The translations under genes and the position numbers were made by a program. From IMG/VR virus record IMGVR_UViG_2731957842_000006: a stretch of 37,265 bases of DNA. One strand, 5' to 3'. Below the pieces are notes generated by a model. The model saw only the letters and a list, made by a program, of their open reading frames with translations, did no database searches and was not told where the DNA came from. The DNA comes from a virus (lineage: Duplodnaviria > Heunggongvirae > Uroviricota > Caudoviricetes). Of this stretch, positions 1-9,567 are shown piece by piece (the stretch's first letter is position 1; each line of letters opens with the position of its first letter).

Positions 1-672
1 TCATTTGCTTTCAACTGAAATTGATATGTCATCATCAAAATCCTGTTCAGGGAAAATATCCGCACCTTCAAATTGCAGAGGAGCTAAAATAATTCGCTCA
101 CTCCACGCGCTTACTCTGGCAAATCCGTCCTGATTCACCATCCCTACCGGATACGACACCTCACAGCGAATTTCTTTATTTGCCGCATCATAATAATACA
201 GAACGATATAAGTTCGGGTGCTATCTATCGGCGTGATCTCAGCTTTGCCTGAATGTAAGGTATCTGCTTGGAACATATCGAATGTACCCGGATTGTTGTG
301 AACAATCGAGCGAGTTGCCTCTCCCTTTGCATTTTTGGTTTTAGGCAATCCATCAGGACGCCCGGTATGTCCGTCACCTGAGGTAATAATCAGATTAACC
401 CCTTTGCTTGAATTAACGACCATTTCCATGCGATTGACTACTTCAGAAGACCAGCCGTTACCCTTACCAATCAGAATACGGCGAAGCGCGGCAACCATCT
501 CACTCCAAAAGCGGAATCCAGCATCCACTTTAGGGTGGAGCTTACTGGATTTGCGTCGCTCGTATAAAGCAGACATTAACGCATCGCGAATATCATTTTC
601 TGTAAAGCCCAGTTTACTAAGTACAAAATCCGAATCAATTCCTGTATGCAGAACACAATGAGGCATATTCAT
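1..672 (-). CDS. hypothetical protein, cargo gene distal to the tail-fibre module (about 223 aa; alternative start at 690)
   Basis: Complete ORF with stop at 1-3; GGGAGA Shine-Dalgarno 8 nt before the ATG at 672; own promoter-like palindrome upstream; no family recognised by eye. Confidence 0.45.
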   Translation of the reverse strand: MNMPHCVLHTGIDSDFVLSKLGFTENDIRDALMSALYERRKSSKLHPKVDAGFRFWSEMVAALRRILIGKGNGWSSEVVNRMEMVVNSSKGVNLIITSGDGHTGRPDGLPKTKNAKGEATRSIVHNNPGTFDMFQADTLHSGKAEITPIDSTRTYIVLYYYDAANKEIRCEVSYPVGMVNQDGFARVSAWSERIILAPLQFEGADIFPEQDFDDDISISVESK

Positions 673-694
673 GAAAGTTTCTCCCATCACTTTT

Positions 695-739
695 ACTTCT
701 TGATTTTATCATAAAATTTATGAAAAAATCAAGAAGTGA
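695..739 (-). promoter_or_regulatory. perfect 13-bp inverted repeat (ACTTCTTGATTTT / AAAATCAAGAAGT, 17-bp near-palindromic spacer) overlapping a sigma70-like promoter
   Basis: On the minus strand -35 TTGATT (727-732), 18-bp spacer, -10 TAAAAT (703-708), about 30 nt upstream of the start at 672; operator-like dyad symmetry. Confidence 0.4.
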
Positions 740-908
740 CACCCTACAAGCGATTGTAGACTTTCTCTTGTTTTCTTACGTTCCTGCTCTCCAATTGCGC
801 AATTGATTTCTTCAACAATGTGAGAGTACACATCATAAACCTCCGACTGCAGCCAGCAACCGGAGCCTCATTCTTCAGATACCAGAACAACTCACTGCGA
901 CCTATTCG

Positions 909-1642
909 TTACTCAACATTAAATGCTCGTATCGCATCTAAATCCTCCAGAGTGTCTAACGCTTCTTTCTTCTCTCGCTGACGGCGATAAATCTCGTCAT
1001 TGCGTTCAACAACAGCCTGCGCCATTGCTGCTGCCAGTTCTTCCGGTTCCGGCATTGACAGCTTCACCTGCTGGTTTTCCGCATCGCCCCATACCATGGT
1101 TTTTCGCGCTGTGTCAGACTTTGATGCCATTACTGCCGGATAAAGACGAGCCATTGAGTCGGGGCCAGCATTCCAGGTGCGACCGTTCCATTCGAACGTG
1201 AACGGCTGCGCTTCCTGTTCTGTGCTCCACACCTCGATTTCCCGCTTTCTGGCATCCTTTCCCACGGCGATAAGTTCTGACGTGACGGTGAATGCAGGGC
1301 TGTCCAGTGGCGCTTTTGTTTTCGTCTCGTCCGTGACGGTTTTGACAGCCTTTGGCGTGGCTGCCAGTTCTTCGCTGTCGTTGTCTGTATCACTACAGAG
1401 TTGCGCCAGACCTTTTTTGTCGTGGAAGCATTGCTTCCCTTCAGATCATCAACTATCCATTGCGCCTCGTCCCTGTGCTGTTTCGCGCTCTGCTGCGCCT
1501 GCACCACAGTTTCCTGTCACCACATCGGCAACTGTGCGCATCACACCTCTGAGGTGTTTACCCGGGATTTCAGAGTTATGTGGCATCCGTACATGGGGAT
1601 GCCTGCGCCATCAATCAGTGCACCTGATATCACTACAGACAT
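909..1642 (-). pseudogene. lambda Stf-like side tail fibre remnant (N-terminal 33 codons, internal deletion with in-frame stops, frame break, divergent C-terminus)
   Basis: Manual translation: MSVVISGALIDGAGIPMYGCHITLKSRVNTSEV then TGA at 1541-1543, resembling the lambda Stf N-terminus; later AQQSAKQHRDEAQ...TTKK / GLAQL...LAATPKAVK...APLDSP resembles the Stf middle region but changes frame at T6 (1413-1418); track ORFs 1130..1507 and 909..1265 are pieces of it. Confidence 0.55.
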
Positions 1643-1665
1643 AGTTTTTCTCGCGATAAATTAAA

Positions 1666-2211
1666 TCAGGAAGAGGCTTCCAGAGAGACGGGCCATTCAA
1701 TGGCGTTATATGAGGTTTTATCAGTGATGGTGCTGAAATCCATCGCCTGCAGCGATTTCGCGTAAATGCGGTACGCTTTCAGCTTCTCCCTGTCGTCGTC
1801 ACTGATTAATCCCAGCAGCAGGTCTTTTTCCCATTCGCTGGTCATGATGCTGACCCGTTGTAACAGGGCATCGCGCTCATCTTCCGCTTTAAGTTTGTAG
1901 TCGAAGACAAATTTATCGTCGCGGTAAAACCAGTAACCAGGCACGGTAATACGGCGGTTAGCGGTAATATCAGGAACTTCAATAACACTGGCGTTACGGG
2001 GTTCAATGCCTGTCACATCCTTACCGACCCAAACCACGCGCCCGTCTCCGGTGTAAACCATTTTTATGGTGTCACTGGCAAAATTTTTCAGCTCTTCATA
2101 CCAGTTTTTGTCATCTTCCGAAAAAAGCCAGGTGATACCATGTTGTTTTGTCATCTGATATTGTTCTGCGGTTTTCGGATTGCCTGCAGTAATATTTTTT
2201 AAATGCAACAT
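1666..2211 (-). CDS. tail fibre assembly protein (Tfa/U-like chaperone)
   Basis: 181-aa ORF immediately downstream of the tail fibre gene; sequence and position typical of Tfa proteins. Confidence 0.75.
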   Translation of the reverse strand: MLHLKNITAGNPKTAEQYQMTKQHGITWLFSEDDKNWYEELKNFASDTIKMVYTGDGRVVWVGKDVTGIEPRNASVIEVPDITANRRITVPGYWFYRDDKFVFDYKLKAEDERDALLQRVSIMTSEWEKDLLLGLISDDDREKLKAYRIYAKSLQAMDFSTITDKTSYNAIEWPVSLEASS

Positions 2212-2213
2212 TG

Positions 2214-3767
2214 TTAAACACTCGCCACGTTATACCAGGTGCCGTTAATCAGTTTCTGAAGCGGTCGGTAATACACGCCGTTGACGTTATCCGCTGAATT
2301 TTTACCAGTATCCGATATCGATATCCCTGACAATCCGTGTCCCGCAGGAGCGTGATATGTCCAGGAGATTACATTGCTGCCAGGTTTGTAATACATTTCG
2401 GAACCATAGCGCACATCCTGCACGCCGCCATTTCGCTGCTGATAACGGGCATCGAAATTTCCATAGTTTGATGGGGTCATCTGTCCGTTTACAGCGAATG
2501 TGATACTGCCATCGGTATTTCTCTGGCTGTAAAAATGCCAGCCGGAATCATCACCAAGCTCTGCAACTACAGGTCGGGATGAATTACCCCATAAATTAAA
2601 CGTTGCGTTTTTCGTGGAGTTGTTGGCGCTGGATAACGTGAATTTTTTAGCATTTCCGGCCTGAATATTTTTTAACGCTATCGCCACACCATTCTGGAAA
2701 CGAAATACATGCTGTCCATTCGCATAAACATCCAGAATGCCGTCGCCGTTTTGTTTTATACCTGTATCGTTATCCCCGAAAGCAATTGAGTTTCCGCCCA
2801 GCGCGTTCTTAACGCCGATACCCAGTGCACCATTGACCTGAGAACCACCGCCAACAGACACTTTATGCGACATGGATATCTCTCCTGTCCGCAAATTAAT
2901 GGTGAGCGGACGCAGGGGACCAATATCTCCATTCTCGCCCTGACCTTCACTAGTAGGGATAAGGTGCAGGCACTCTTCAGAACGGCGAAAAATAAGGCCA
3001 AAAGCCTCGTTAAAAATCCTCAATGCATTAACACCACGTATTTTCAGCTCCCCGGTCATCAAATCACCAGATTTTTTTACATATCGCAGATCAAAATCTG
3101 AATAGATATTGCCGGGGTTTATCACACTGAAATAGCTTTTCTCGCTATCAAGAAGGCAAATCAAAGGAATACCCTTAATGATATCATTCGCTACCAGCTC
3201 GGACTTGTTCCCCTTATAAAGTGGGAACGTACCAAGAACCTTTCCGCCTAGTGTTAGTTGAAGTGTCGCCGCGTTGGTATTGTTCTGAACGGGGAAAACT
3301 ATAATCGGAGTTCGTAGCGTCCAATCTGTACCTCCATTAACAAAAAACGTCGAGGGAAGTTCCAGCGTCAGTGCGTTTGCAGTGCCACCAGTAACACCCG
3401 CAATATAATGACCGCTCTGAAGCTGCGCTATCTGTACGAAATAGTTTTCCGATCCACGCGTGGCAAAGTTAGCCACAACGTCATTAAGGGACCAACCTTT
3501 CGCGGTTGTTCCTTCCTGCCCACGAATGACTTTCAGCACATCACCGCTTACCGATACCAGGTGACAAATCTCAAATGCAGACTCTTTATTATCGGTAAGC
3601 GTAATTTTTGCATAGACGCGTTGCCCGTTCGATTTATTTTCAAAATCGGCAGAAAGCAATTTTGCAAATTTAGCTCCCGTGCCCGGCATCACCGGAATAT
3701 CAGTCTGAATCGTCGTAATATCACCAGCCAGTGCTGAAACAACGTTATTTCCGAATCCAAGAATCAT
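2214..3767 (-). CDS. tail fibre protein (517 aa)
   Basis: Position after the baseplate J-like and I-like genes and before Tfa; Gly/Asn/Ser-rich repetitive C-terminal half; start overlaps the upstream stop. Confidence 0.7.
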   Translation of the reverse strand: MILGFGNNVVSALAGDITTIQTDIPVMPGTGAKFAKLLSADFENKSNGQRVYAKITLTDNKESAFEICHLVSVSGDVLKVIRGQEGTTAKGWSLNDVVANFATRGSENYFVQIAQLQSGHYIAGVTGGTANALTLELPSTFFVNGGTDWTLRTPIIVFPVQNNTNAATLQLTLGGKVLGTFPLYKGNKSELVANDIIKGIPLICLLDSEKSYFSVINPGNIYSDFDLRYVKKSGDLMTGELKIRGVNALRIFNEAFGLIFRRSEECLHLIPTSEGQGENGDIGPLRPLTINLRTGEISMSHKVSVGGGSQVNGALGIGVKNALGGNSIAFGDNDTGIKQNGDGILDVYANGQHVFRFQNGVAIALKNIQAGNAKKFTLSSANNSTKNATFNLWGNSSRPVVAELGDDSGWHFYSQRNTDGSITFAVNGQMTPSNYGNFDARYQQRNGGVQDVRYGSEMYYKPGSNVISWTYHAPAGHGLSGISISDTGKNSADNVNGVYYRPLQKLINGTWYNVASV

Positions 3768-4390
3768 TTTTGAATCACCGTTGTTGCATAGGAATAAATA
3801 AAAGGGAGTTTTACATATTTCTGGTCAATGGCATCTTTCAGAAAATAGCCTATACCATCACCATATTCTGGTATCTGAATAGAAAAAACACTGTCCGATA
3901 CAGTCACGCTCACATCAAAAGTGTGCTGCAACGGCGGGTCTATTCCGTTTTTCCCATGAATGAACCGTGCCACACGGCGCTTTAACCAGTCAATGCAGAA
4001 ATGCGAACCGTCAGCCTTATAAAAATTCCAAGTTAATATTCGCTTGAAATAATCATCCGGAACATACGATGCCTGCCCCGGAACATAATTCCGCATTGCC
4101 GCATAAGGGATTGTATTGTATTCAATGGTATCGTATGCGCCGCGTGCAATAGCCTCCTCGGAAACCTGTAGTAAAGGCCTTTCAACGCCATAAATCCCGA
4201 GAGCAATCCAGTCCAGCAATTGCCCGGTTATTGATTCCGATGTCCAGCATGGCAATGCCAGATTGTTGAGTGAATCGAGGTATTCCTGAGCAATTTCATT
4301 GTATGCATCAAAGAACGCAACAACATTCGGATCATCTCTGTACTGCACAAACGGATAAGCAGGGAGAATTTTTTCAGTCAGATATTGCAT
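3764..4390 (-). CDS. baseplate/tail protein I-like (YmfQ-like)
   Basis: 208-aa ORF between J-like and fibre genes, the conserved position of P2 gpI / Mu gp48-like proteins. Confidence 0.6.
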   Translation of the reverse strand: MQYLTEKILPAYPFVQYRDDPNVVAFFDAYNEIAQEYLDSLNNLALPCWTSESITGQLLDWIALGIYGVERPLLQVSEEAIARGAYDTIEYNTIPYAAMRNYVPGQASYVPDDYFKRILTWNFYKADGSHFCIDWLKRRVARFIHGKNGIDPPLQHTFDVSVTVSDSVFSIQIPEYGDGIGYFLKDAIDQKYVKLPFIYSYATTVIQK

Positions 4391-4395
4391 ACTTG

Positions 4396-5601
4396 TTAAC
4401 TTGAACCTGTGATACCACCGTCGAAAAAATAGGAATAGGTATCGCCATAAACCAGGCTTGTGTCTTTTGCCGGAGGAACAATATGGCCATTAATGCCAAT
4501 GCTCACACTGATTGTTGAGATCAACGTCGCATCAACCAACAATCTGACGGAACTGGTAAAAATATCCTGGATTCGCAGCAGATTTATCGGGTGTCCGACT
4601 TCAATAGAATTGATGTAATCAGCAACGTTTTGCTGCACAGCCATAGCAATACCCGCCGGATCAACATAATCATCAGATACAGTGTTCCAGGTGATTAGCA
4701 CCATGACGTTTTGTGATGACGGGATAACGAACGGTACCTGATAAACATCTGGCGAAACGGTTATTGAAACCGTGCGTTTTTCCACTGCCGCACCAGATGG
4801 ATTGCTAACATCGTTGGTCAGTTTCGAAATATCCGGTACAGATTTGTAAATAGCATAAGCCACATCATACGGATCACCGCCACCAACAACCGCAACCCAT
4901 TTCCCCAGCGACGACTGCCGGAAAGAAATCAGGTTTTCTCGCACACCGCTTACTGATTTGAGCATCGCTTTAAAGCAATCCGGTGTTCCCTGCACACCAA
5001 ACATGCCGGACTCCATGACTTCGGCGCGGTAAGATGCCCACGTTTGCGCCTCCTGACCTGGCATCCCTGCGGTAAGGTTCGTGCATTTTACAGGCTGATC
5101 TTTGGGTACCGATGTAATGACCTGCGTTACGGTTCCTTCCGGTACAGCCCATGAGCCTGACGTTGTGGCCACACAGTAGACTGGCTCAGTCTGCCCGCTT
5201 TCCGGCACCACCGTATCGCGGGAAACTGCATACTGGTAGTTGCCGTCACCGACAACAAATCCTTTAGGGATACCAAACCCCGGCAACGCCTCAAACACCA
5301 CGTATACCGCCGTATTTGTACTTAATCCCTTCTGTGCTCCATAAATGTTTCCGAGTTGCATCAGTAACGGAATATTTGCGCCGTATGGGCTTACGGAGTT
5401 AATAAGGTCCACCCGCGCCTGGTCTATTAATGCCAGCGCCCCGACAGCCGTGCTGGCAAGGTCTGTAATAAGCCCCGCCGGAAGGTTGGCTGTATATCCA
5501 GGTACTTTTTCGGCAACTCTGGTGATAAGATTCGCGAGCAAATCATTGGGTGGCGTAGGCTGCGCCCCCGCACTGGTCATAGTAATTGGTATTTCTGACA
5601 T
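4396..5601 (-). CDS. baseplate J-like protein
   Basis: 401-aa ORF; size and position match baseplate J family (Mu gp47 / P2 gpJ-like) ahead of the I-like and fibre genes. Confidence 0.7.
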   Translation of the reverse strand: MSEIPITMTSAGAQPTPPNDLLANLITRVAEKVPGYTANLPAGLITDLASTAVGALALIDQARVDLINSVSPYGANIPLLMQLGNIYGAQKGLSTNTAVYVVFEALPGFGIPKGFVVGDGNYQYAVSRDTVVPESGQTEPVYCVATTSGSWAVPEGTVTQVITSVPKDQPVKCTNLTAGMPGQEAQTWASYRAEVMESGMFGVQGTPDCFKAMLKSVSGVRENLISFRQSSLGKWVAVVGGGDPYDVAYAIYKSVPDISKLTNDVSNPSGAAVEKRTVSITVSPDVYQVPFVIPSSQNVMVLITWNTVSDDYVDPAGIAMAVQQNVADYINSIEVGHPINLLRIQDIFTSSVRLLVDATLISTISVSIGINGHIVPPAKDTSLVYGDTYSYFFDGGITGSS

Positions 5602-5612
5602 ATTTACTCCAT

Positions 5613-5640
5613 TAAAAAACCCGCTTTCGCGGGTTTTTTA
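5613..5640. terminator. bidirectional intrinsic terminator-like hairpin (AACCCGC-TTTC-GCGGGTT flanked by A6 and T6)
   Basis: Perfect 7-bp GC-rich stem with U-tract on both strands, between the inserted gene stop (5642) and the J-like start (5601). Confidence 0.5.
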
Positions 5641-5641
5641 C

Positions 5642-6801
5642 TTATTCAACCTCTTCTAAACTGCTCACTCTGGACCCTCGGCGGAAATTATCATCATTTT
5701 TAACATACTCATATGAATCCAGAATCAAACCAGATATGCGAAGTATATCTTCCGGATTAGTTATATGTATCCTTTTACCATCCGTATCAAGTCGAGCTCG
5801 TCTTATTTCATTCAACTGAACTTCACTAAGCGAAATAGGTAATGTTATAAATGAAGATTTTTTATCATAAAATCTTAACAGCCATCTATTAGTTTTACCA
5901 TTCAATAGTACACCAAAATATGACTCAGTATCTTTATATTCTATATTATCTTCTGTTTGTATGATTTGTTTTACCCTTTCAAATAGTTCCAATTCTTTGG
6001 CTGTGGTTATTATGTTGGGGTTTTCTTCATCAACAATGGCGTTATTAACTTGTGTATCCGTTGCATCATTTTCTTTAGTTTGCTCTACCGGTTGTGTAGA
6101 TAGCCCGGAAACCACCATTGCGCTAACAGCGCGCTCAACGGCCTGTTTAACTAATGGAGTCACGAACTCAAGAAATCTCTGATTAAGTTGTCTCTCAATA
6201 TTTGAACGACTAGCAACATATCGAACAAACTCCAGATCAACTTCACGAAGACTAGAACTGATTGTTTTAGTAAATGAATTCAAATAAACACTTTCTTCAG
6301 CCAGTGTCCGTAAAGCCTCTGGTTTGAATTTATCATAACGAAAACGAAATAATTGTGTAATATCGGAGTGAGTTAGAGAATCCATTCTTATTTTTAAAAA
6401 CGGCGTTGAATCCATTATGTTTTTTGTTTCAAATCCGTAAAAAAACGCCATTCAACACCATTTGTAATGGCTGATATAGTAACTTCCGGTGTTGAATTAA
6501 AATATCTTGATAGCTGTGGGCAGTGATTATCAATTTGTTCTGAAAACGATTTCGCCTCAATGAACATCACAGGAACATCATGACAAAATAAAGCGTAATC
6601 AACCCGTTCATTAGCCTTAACCCCGGGGAAGTCAGCACTATACTCAGCTTTGACTTTTCTTGGATCATACGGAGTAAAACCAAGAATATCTAGTAATGGC
6701 ATAATGAGTGCTTGTTTTGTCGTTTCTTCAGTTGTACAAAACACCCCCATTTTTGCAACATGCTCTGTGTGTATTTTTAACTTATTTGCAAAATTTTCCA
6801 T
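5642..6801 (-). CDS. HsdR-N-like PD-(D/E)xK nuclease-domain protein with about 265-aa uncharacterised C-terminal region; reading frame broken at a homopolymer (ORFs 6415..6801 and 5642..6451)
   Basis: N-terminal 128 aa carry the restriction-endonuclease-like pattern (PLLDILGF ... VDYALF ... VMFIEAKS ... QLSRYF ... ITNGVEWRFF); GGAGGAG Shine-Dalgarno 8 nt before the ATG at 6801; frame changes at A7 6439-6445 (one extra base would fuse both ORFs); roughly 33-35 percent GC by eye versus about 50 percent in flanks. Confidence 0.5.
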
Positions 6802-6829
6802 GCTTGTCTCCTCCATGGTAACAATATGT

Positions 6830-6859
6830 ATTTTGCAAATCCGAAATAATATATGTCAA
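6830..6859 (-). promoter_or_regulatory. sigma70-like promoter of the inserted nuclease-domain gene
   Basis: Minus strand TTGACA (6854-6859), 18-bp spacer, CAAAAT (6830-6835), about 30 nt upstream of the ATG. Confidence 0.35.
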
Positions 6860-6950
6860 TATGCTCCAGCTTAGAAAATTACTCGCCCCCCTAAAATATC
6901 TCTCTACAGCACTCCAAACCAAGGTAAAAGTTTTATCATAAAACTGTGAT

Positions 6951-7298
6951 TCATACCGGCACCTGCGTCCGGTAACTGGTCCCATTAAAAAACACAACAT
7001 CGATGTTATAGGTGGGGTTATCTGCTCCATCTACCTTTGAAATTGCCAGTGATGCAAAATACCCAGCAAACTGTTGCTGAACCATGTTCACATAGTAGTC
7101 TGGGTAAATCTGCTGCACGATGCACTGCTGTGCAGGAATACCGTAATTCGCGTAAAACGGCGACTCCCCCAATCCCAGCTTTAACGTCTGAATGAGCGTC
7201 GTCAGCCAGCCGTAGGAGAAATCACCGTTGGCGTCAGATTCTACTGCAACCCATTTTTTGTTGCCGTTCGCGTCGGTGACGCGGCCCCATGTTCTCAT
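6951..7298 (-). CDS. putative baseplate component (115 aa)
   Basis: ORF in the baseplate block between the spike-like gene and the J-like gene; family not assignable by eye. Confidence 0.4.
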   Translation of the reverse strand: MRTWGRVTDANGNKKWVAVESDANGDFSYGWLTTLIQTLKLGLGESPFYANYGIPAQQCIVQQIYPDYYVNMVQQQFAGYFASLAISKVDGADNPTYNIDVVFFNGTSYRTQVPV

Positions 7299-7498
7299 CG
7301 TGCCCCCATCACTTTAACTAACTCTGTCAGTACTGGTGAAAAGGCAAATGCTAAAGCTACGAGTGCAGCGGTGTAATACATGCGTCGTAAGGTATTGCTT
7401 TTTGCCACTAATTTTAAGGCTTTCACAATCCAGTCTCCTCCGCTAAAATTAATCACGGAAGACCTCCAAACATACGTAATCATCCCTTGCGTATTCAA
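7295..7498 (-). CDS. small hypothetical protein (67 aa or shorter), hydrophobic C-terminal half
   Basis: ORF whose stop overlaps the downstream start; weak support only. Confidence 0.25.
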   Translation of the reverse strand: MNTQGMITYVWRSSVINFSGGDWIVKALKLVAKSNTLRRMYYTAALVALAFAFSPVLTELVKVMGAR

Positions 7499-7511
7499 GG
7501 TGAGAAACAGA

Positions 7512-7539
7512 ACCCCCCGACTGGGCCAACAGTCGGGGG
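7512..7539. terminator. strong GC hairpin (11-bp stem CCCCCCGACTG / CAGTCGGGGGG, 6-nt loop) inside the baseplate operon
   Basis: Perfect inverted repeat followed by T-rich sequence on both strands, between the 7581..8294 and 7295..7498 ORFs. Confidence 0.3.
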
Positions 7540-7580
7540 GTTCGTTTTATGGTTAGAATTTAAAGTGAAATGAACCGGTA

Positions 7581-8294
7581 TTAACCAGGATTTGGTTTCT
7601 TCGACGTAATCGTGCTGCTGCCGCTTTGAACACCAGTCACATCGTGGCTGTGGCCGCTGACGCTCACGCCGTTGATAACTGCATCCATCTCGACATTAAG
7701 AGGACCAATCAGCGAAGCGGTTGTATCCTTCATCTGGGCTTTGTCCTGGACGATCGGTCCGTTGAGGTGAATTTTCCCGTTCAGGAAAATATCTTCGGCC
7801 TCGAGGTAAACAGCTTTCGACTTTTGCCTGATTTCTTCCAGAGCCACCATTACCGAGCTACTGCCGTCCTCTGTTTTGAGGATCGCGCCATCCGGACCGT
7901 ACAAAACGATTTTTTGCGGATCTTCGTCGGACCACTCCTTGTTTGCCAGTGGCACGAAAAACAGGGGAGTGAGCGACATCGAGTAAGAAAGCGTTGCCAT
8001 ACCGGTTCCCAATCCGGACACACCGCGCAGTGATACATCAGCGGCAATTGTTACTCCTCGATCGCCCGGCTGTATCGGGTAACGGATATACGGGAATGTG
8101 GCGACAGGGATTGTTATCTGCGGGAAGTTGATCCCCTCCGGCAGCATATCAAACTGAACTGTCACTATTTGCCCGCAGATATCGACAACATGGCAGGGCA
8201 ATTCGCGGCCTTTAAGCTCGGCTTGCTGGTTACCAGAACTGGTCATCATCTCCGACAGTGTTCGGAGAAACGGTAATTTTTGAGCGTTTGACAT
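7581..8294 (-). CDS. putative baseplate spike/assembly protein (237 aa)
   Basis: Position in the baseplate block; size compatible with gpV/Mu gp45-like proteins; not verified. Confidence 0.4.
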   Translation of the reverse strand: MSNAQKLPFLRTLSEMMTSSGNQQAELKGRELPCHVVDICGQIVTVQFDMLPEGINFPQITIPVATFPYIRYPIQPGDRGVTIAADVSLRGVSGLGTGMATLSYSMSLTPLFFVPLANKEWSDEDPQKIVLYGPDGAILKTEDGSSSVMVALEEIRQKSKAVYLEAEDIFLNGKIHLNGPIVQDKAQMKDTTASLIGPLNVEMDAVINGVSVSGHSHDVTGVQSGSSTITSKKPNPG

Positions 8295-9301
8295 TACACC
8301 CTCGCCCAGTTCTCAGCATATGCCTCAAATACCGTCACCCAGGCATCGCCATCGGCTGTCAGATACGAACCAATGTGTCTGACTGATTTCACAAGAAATT
8401 TCCCGGTGAACGTGGTCGAATTTTTTGCGATAACGCTGGGTACCGTTGTATTAGCCATCACAATCGACGCAGCGCCAGAATATAGCCCCTCCGGCAGTTT
8501 AACCACATCACCACATCTGATATCGCCTCTCATAGGGCATTTGAAACTGACGGTAAACGGCGCTATCCATGTCGGCTGCCCGACCAGTTCATGGGCATGA
8601 ATTGTTTTTGGCTCACCCCACTTTGCCGATGCGTTATCGTAGATTCGTATTCTGTCGGAAAGAATACTGATGGCGATTCCGCTATACCTTTCATTACGCA
8701 TCATCGCAATAGAGGCGTTTTTTACGACCATAGCCAGCGAACCAATCTCCGTATATTTGCCCGTCCACGGCTCTGGCAAAACCAGGTTGTCGCTGACTGT
8801 GCAATCAATAAGTTTATTGGGATATGCTTTTTGCAAAGCGCGGACTAAAACATCGCCCACCCTTTCCCCTGCTTCCCCCTGCCCCTCAATTGAAAAAGGT
8901 TTACCGTCATCGGTTTTGCGTATGCTTGGATTTATTACCAGGTTTAAAGTCTGGTTCGTGCCGATCCAGTTGGCATAGGCCAGATAAATTTCACCATAGA
9001 TTACCTCCCCCTGTTGATCCTTATTTGCCAGTGGTAACCCCTGAACAAAGCCTGCTTTCATACGTACCAGACAACCCTGCAAACTTACGCTTTGCTTCAG
9101 CATGTCAATTGGTAATCCATAGATCGTCAGCATCGTACCCGAACAGACTACATCCAGGCCGGTTACTTCAAAGTCAAATTCAACATGCAACCCACATCCT
9201 GGTGTTTCATTGGTATCAAAAGGTCCAATGGGTTTTCCATTGCTATCCACTGGCGGCTTGCCTGTTTTAGGATTAATAATTTCCAGTCGGTAATAACGCA
9301 T
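8294..9301 (-). CDS. putative baseplate hub protein (335 aa)
   Basis: Translationally coupled ORF in the baseplate block after the tape measure gene. Confidence 0.4.
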   Translation of the reverse strand: MRYYRLEIINPKTGKPPVDSNGKPIGPFDTNETPGCGLHVEFDFEVTGLDVVCSGTMLTIYGLPIDMLKQSVSLQGCLVRMKAGFVQGLPLANKDQQGEVIYGEIYLAYANWIGTNQTLNLVINPSIRKTDDGKPFSIEGQGEAGERVGDVLVRALQKAYPNKLIDCTVSDNLVLPEPWTGKYTEIGSLAMVVKNASIAMMRNERYSGIAISILSDRIRIYDNASAKWGEPKTIHAHELVGQPTWIAPFTVSFKCPMRGDIRCGDVVKLPEGLYSGAASIVMANTTVPSVIAKNSTTFTGKFLVKSVRHIGSYLTADGDAWVTVFEAYAENWARV

Positions 9302-9567
9302 TACGAAACCTCAAACTGATTCGTACTTTTGCGAAAAACAAGTTTCCCCGGTGAGCAAGGCAGCGCCAGATTGATGTCGTAACTGTCAGGTGACGCGATC
9401 AAAGGCATGTATACAATCACGTCGCCTGAACTGTCTTTCAGTTCCAGGTAGTAACGATTTGCATACAGATTAAACGGAACGCGGGCGAATGTTTCATATT
9501 CTCCGATTCTGGCCGTGAACTGAAATGGTCCTCGCCCGTCAGGTTTGAAAGGAATTAACGTTGTCAT
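9301..9567 (-). CDS. putative tail/baseplate protein (88 aa)
   Basis: Coupled ORF (stop/start overlap) within the tail operon. Confidence 0.35.
   Translation of the reverse strand: MTTLIPFKPDGRGPFQFTARIGEYETFARVPFNLYANRYYLELKDSSGDVIVYMPLIASPDSYDINLALPCSPGKLVFRKSTNQFEVS

Noticed and set aside
7626-8033. Plus-strand ORF of 135 aa overlapping the baseplate gene 7581..8294
   Set aside because: Lies entirely antisense to a coupled operon gene; considered a frame shadow
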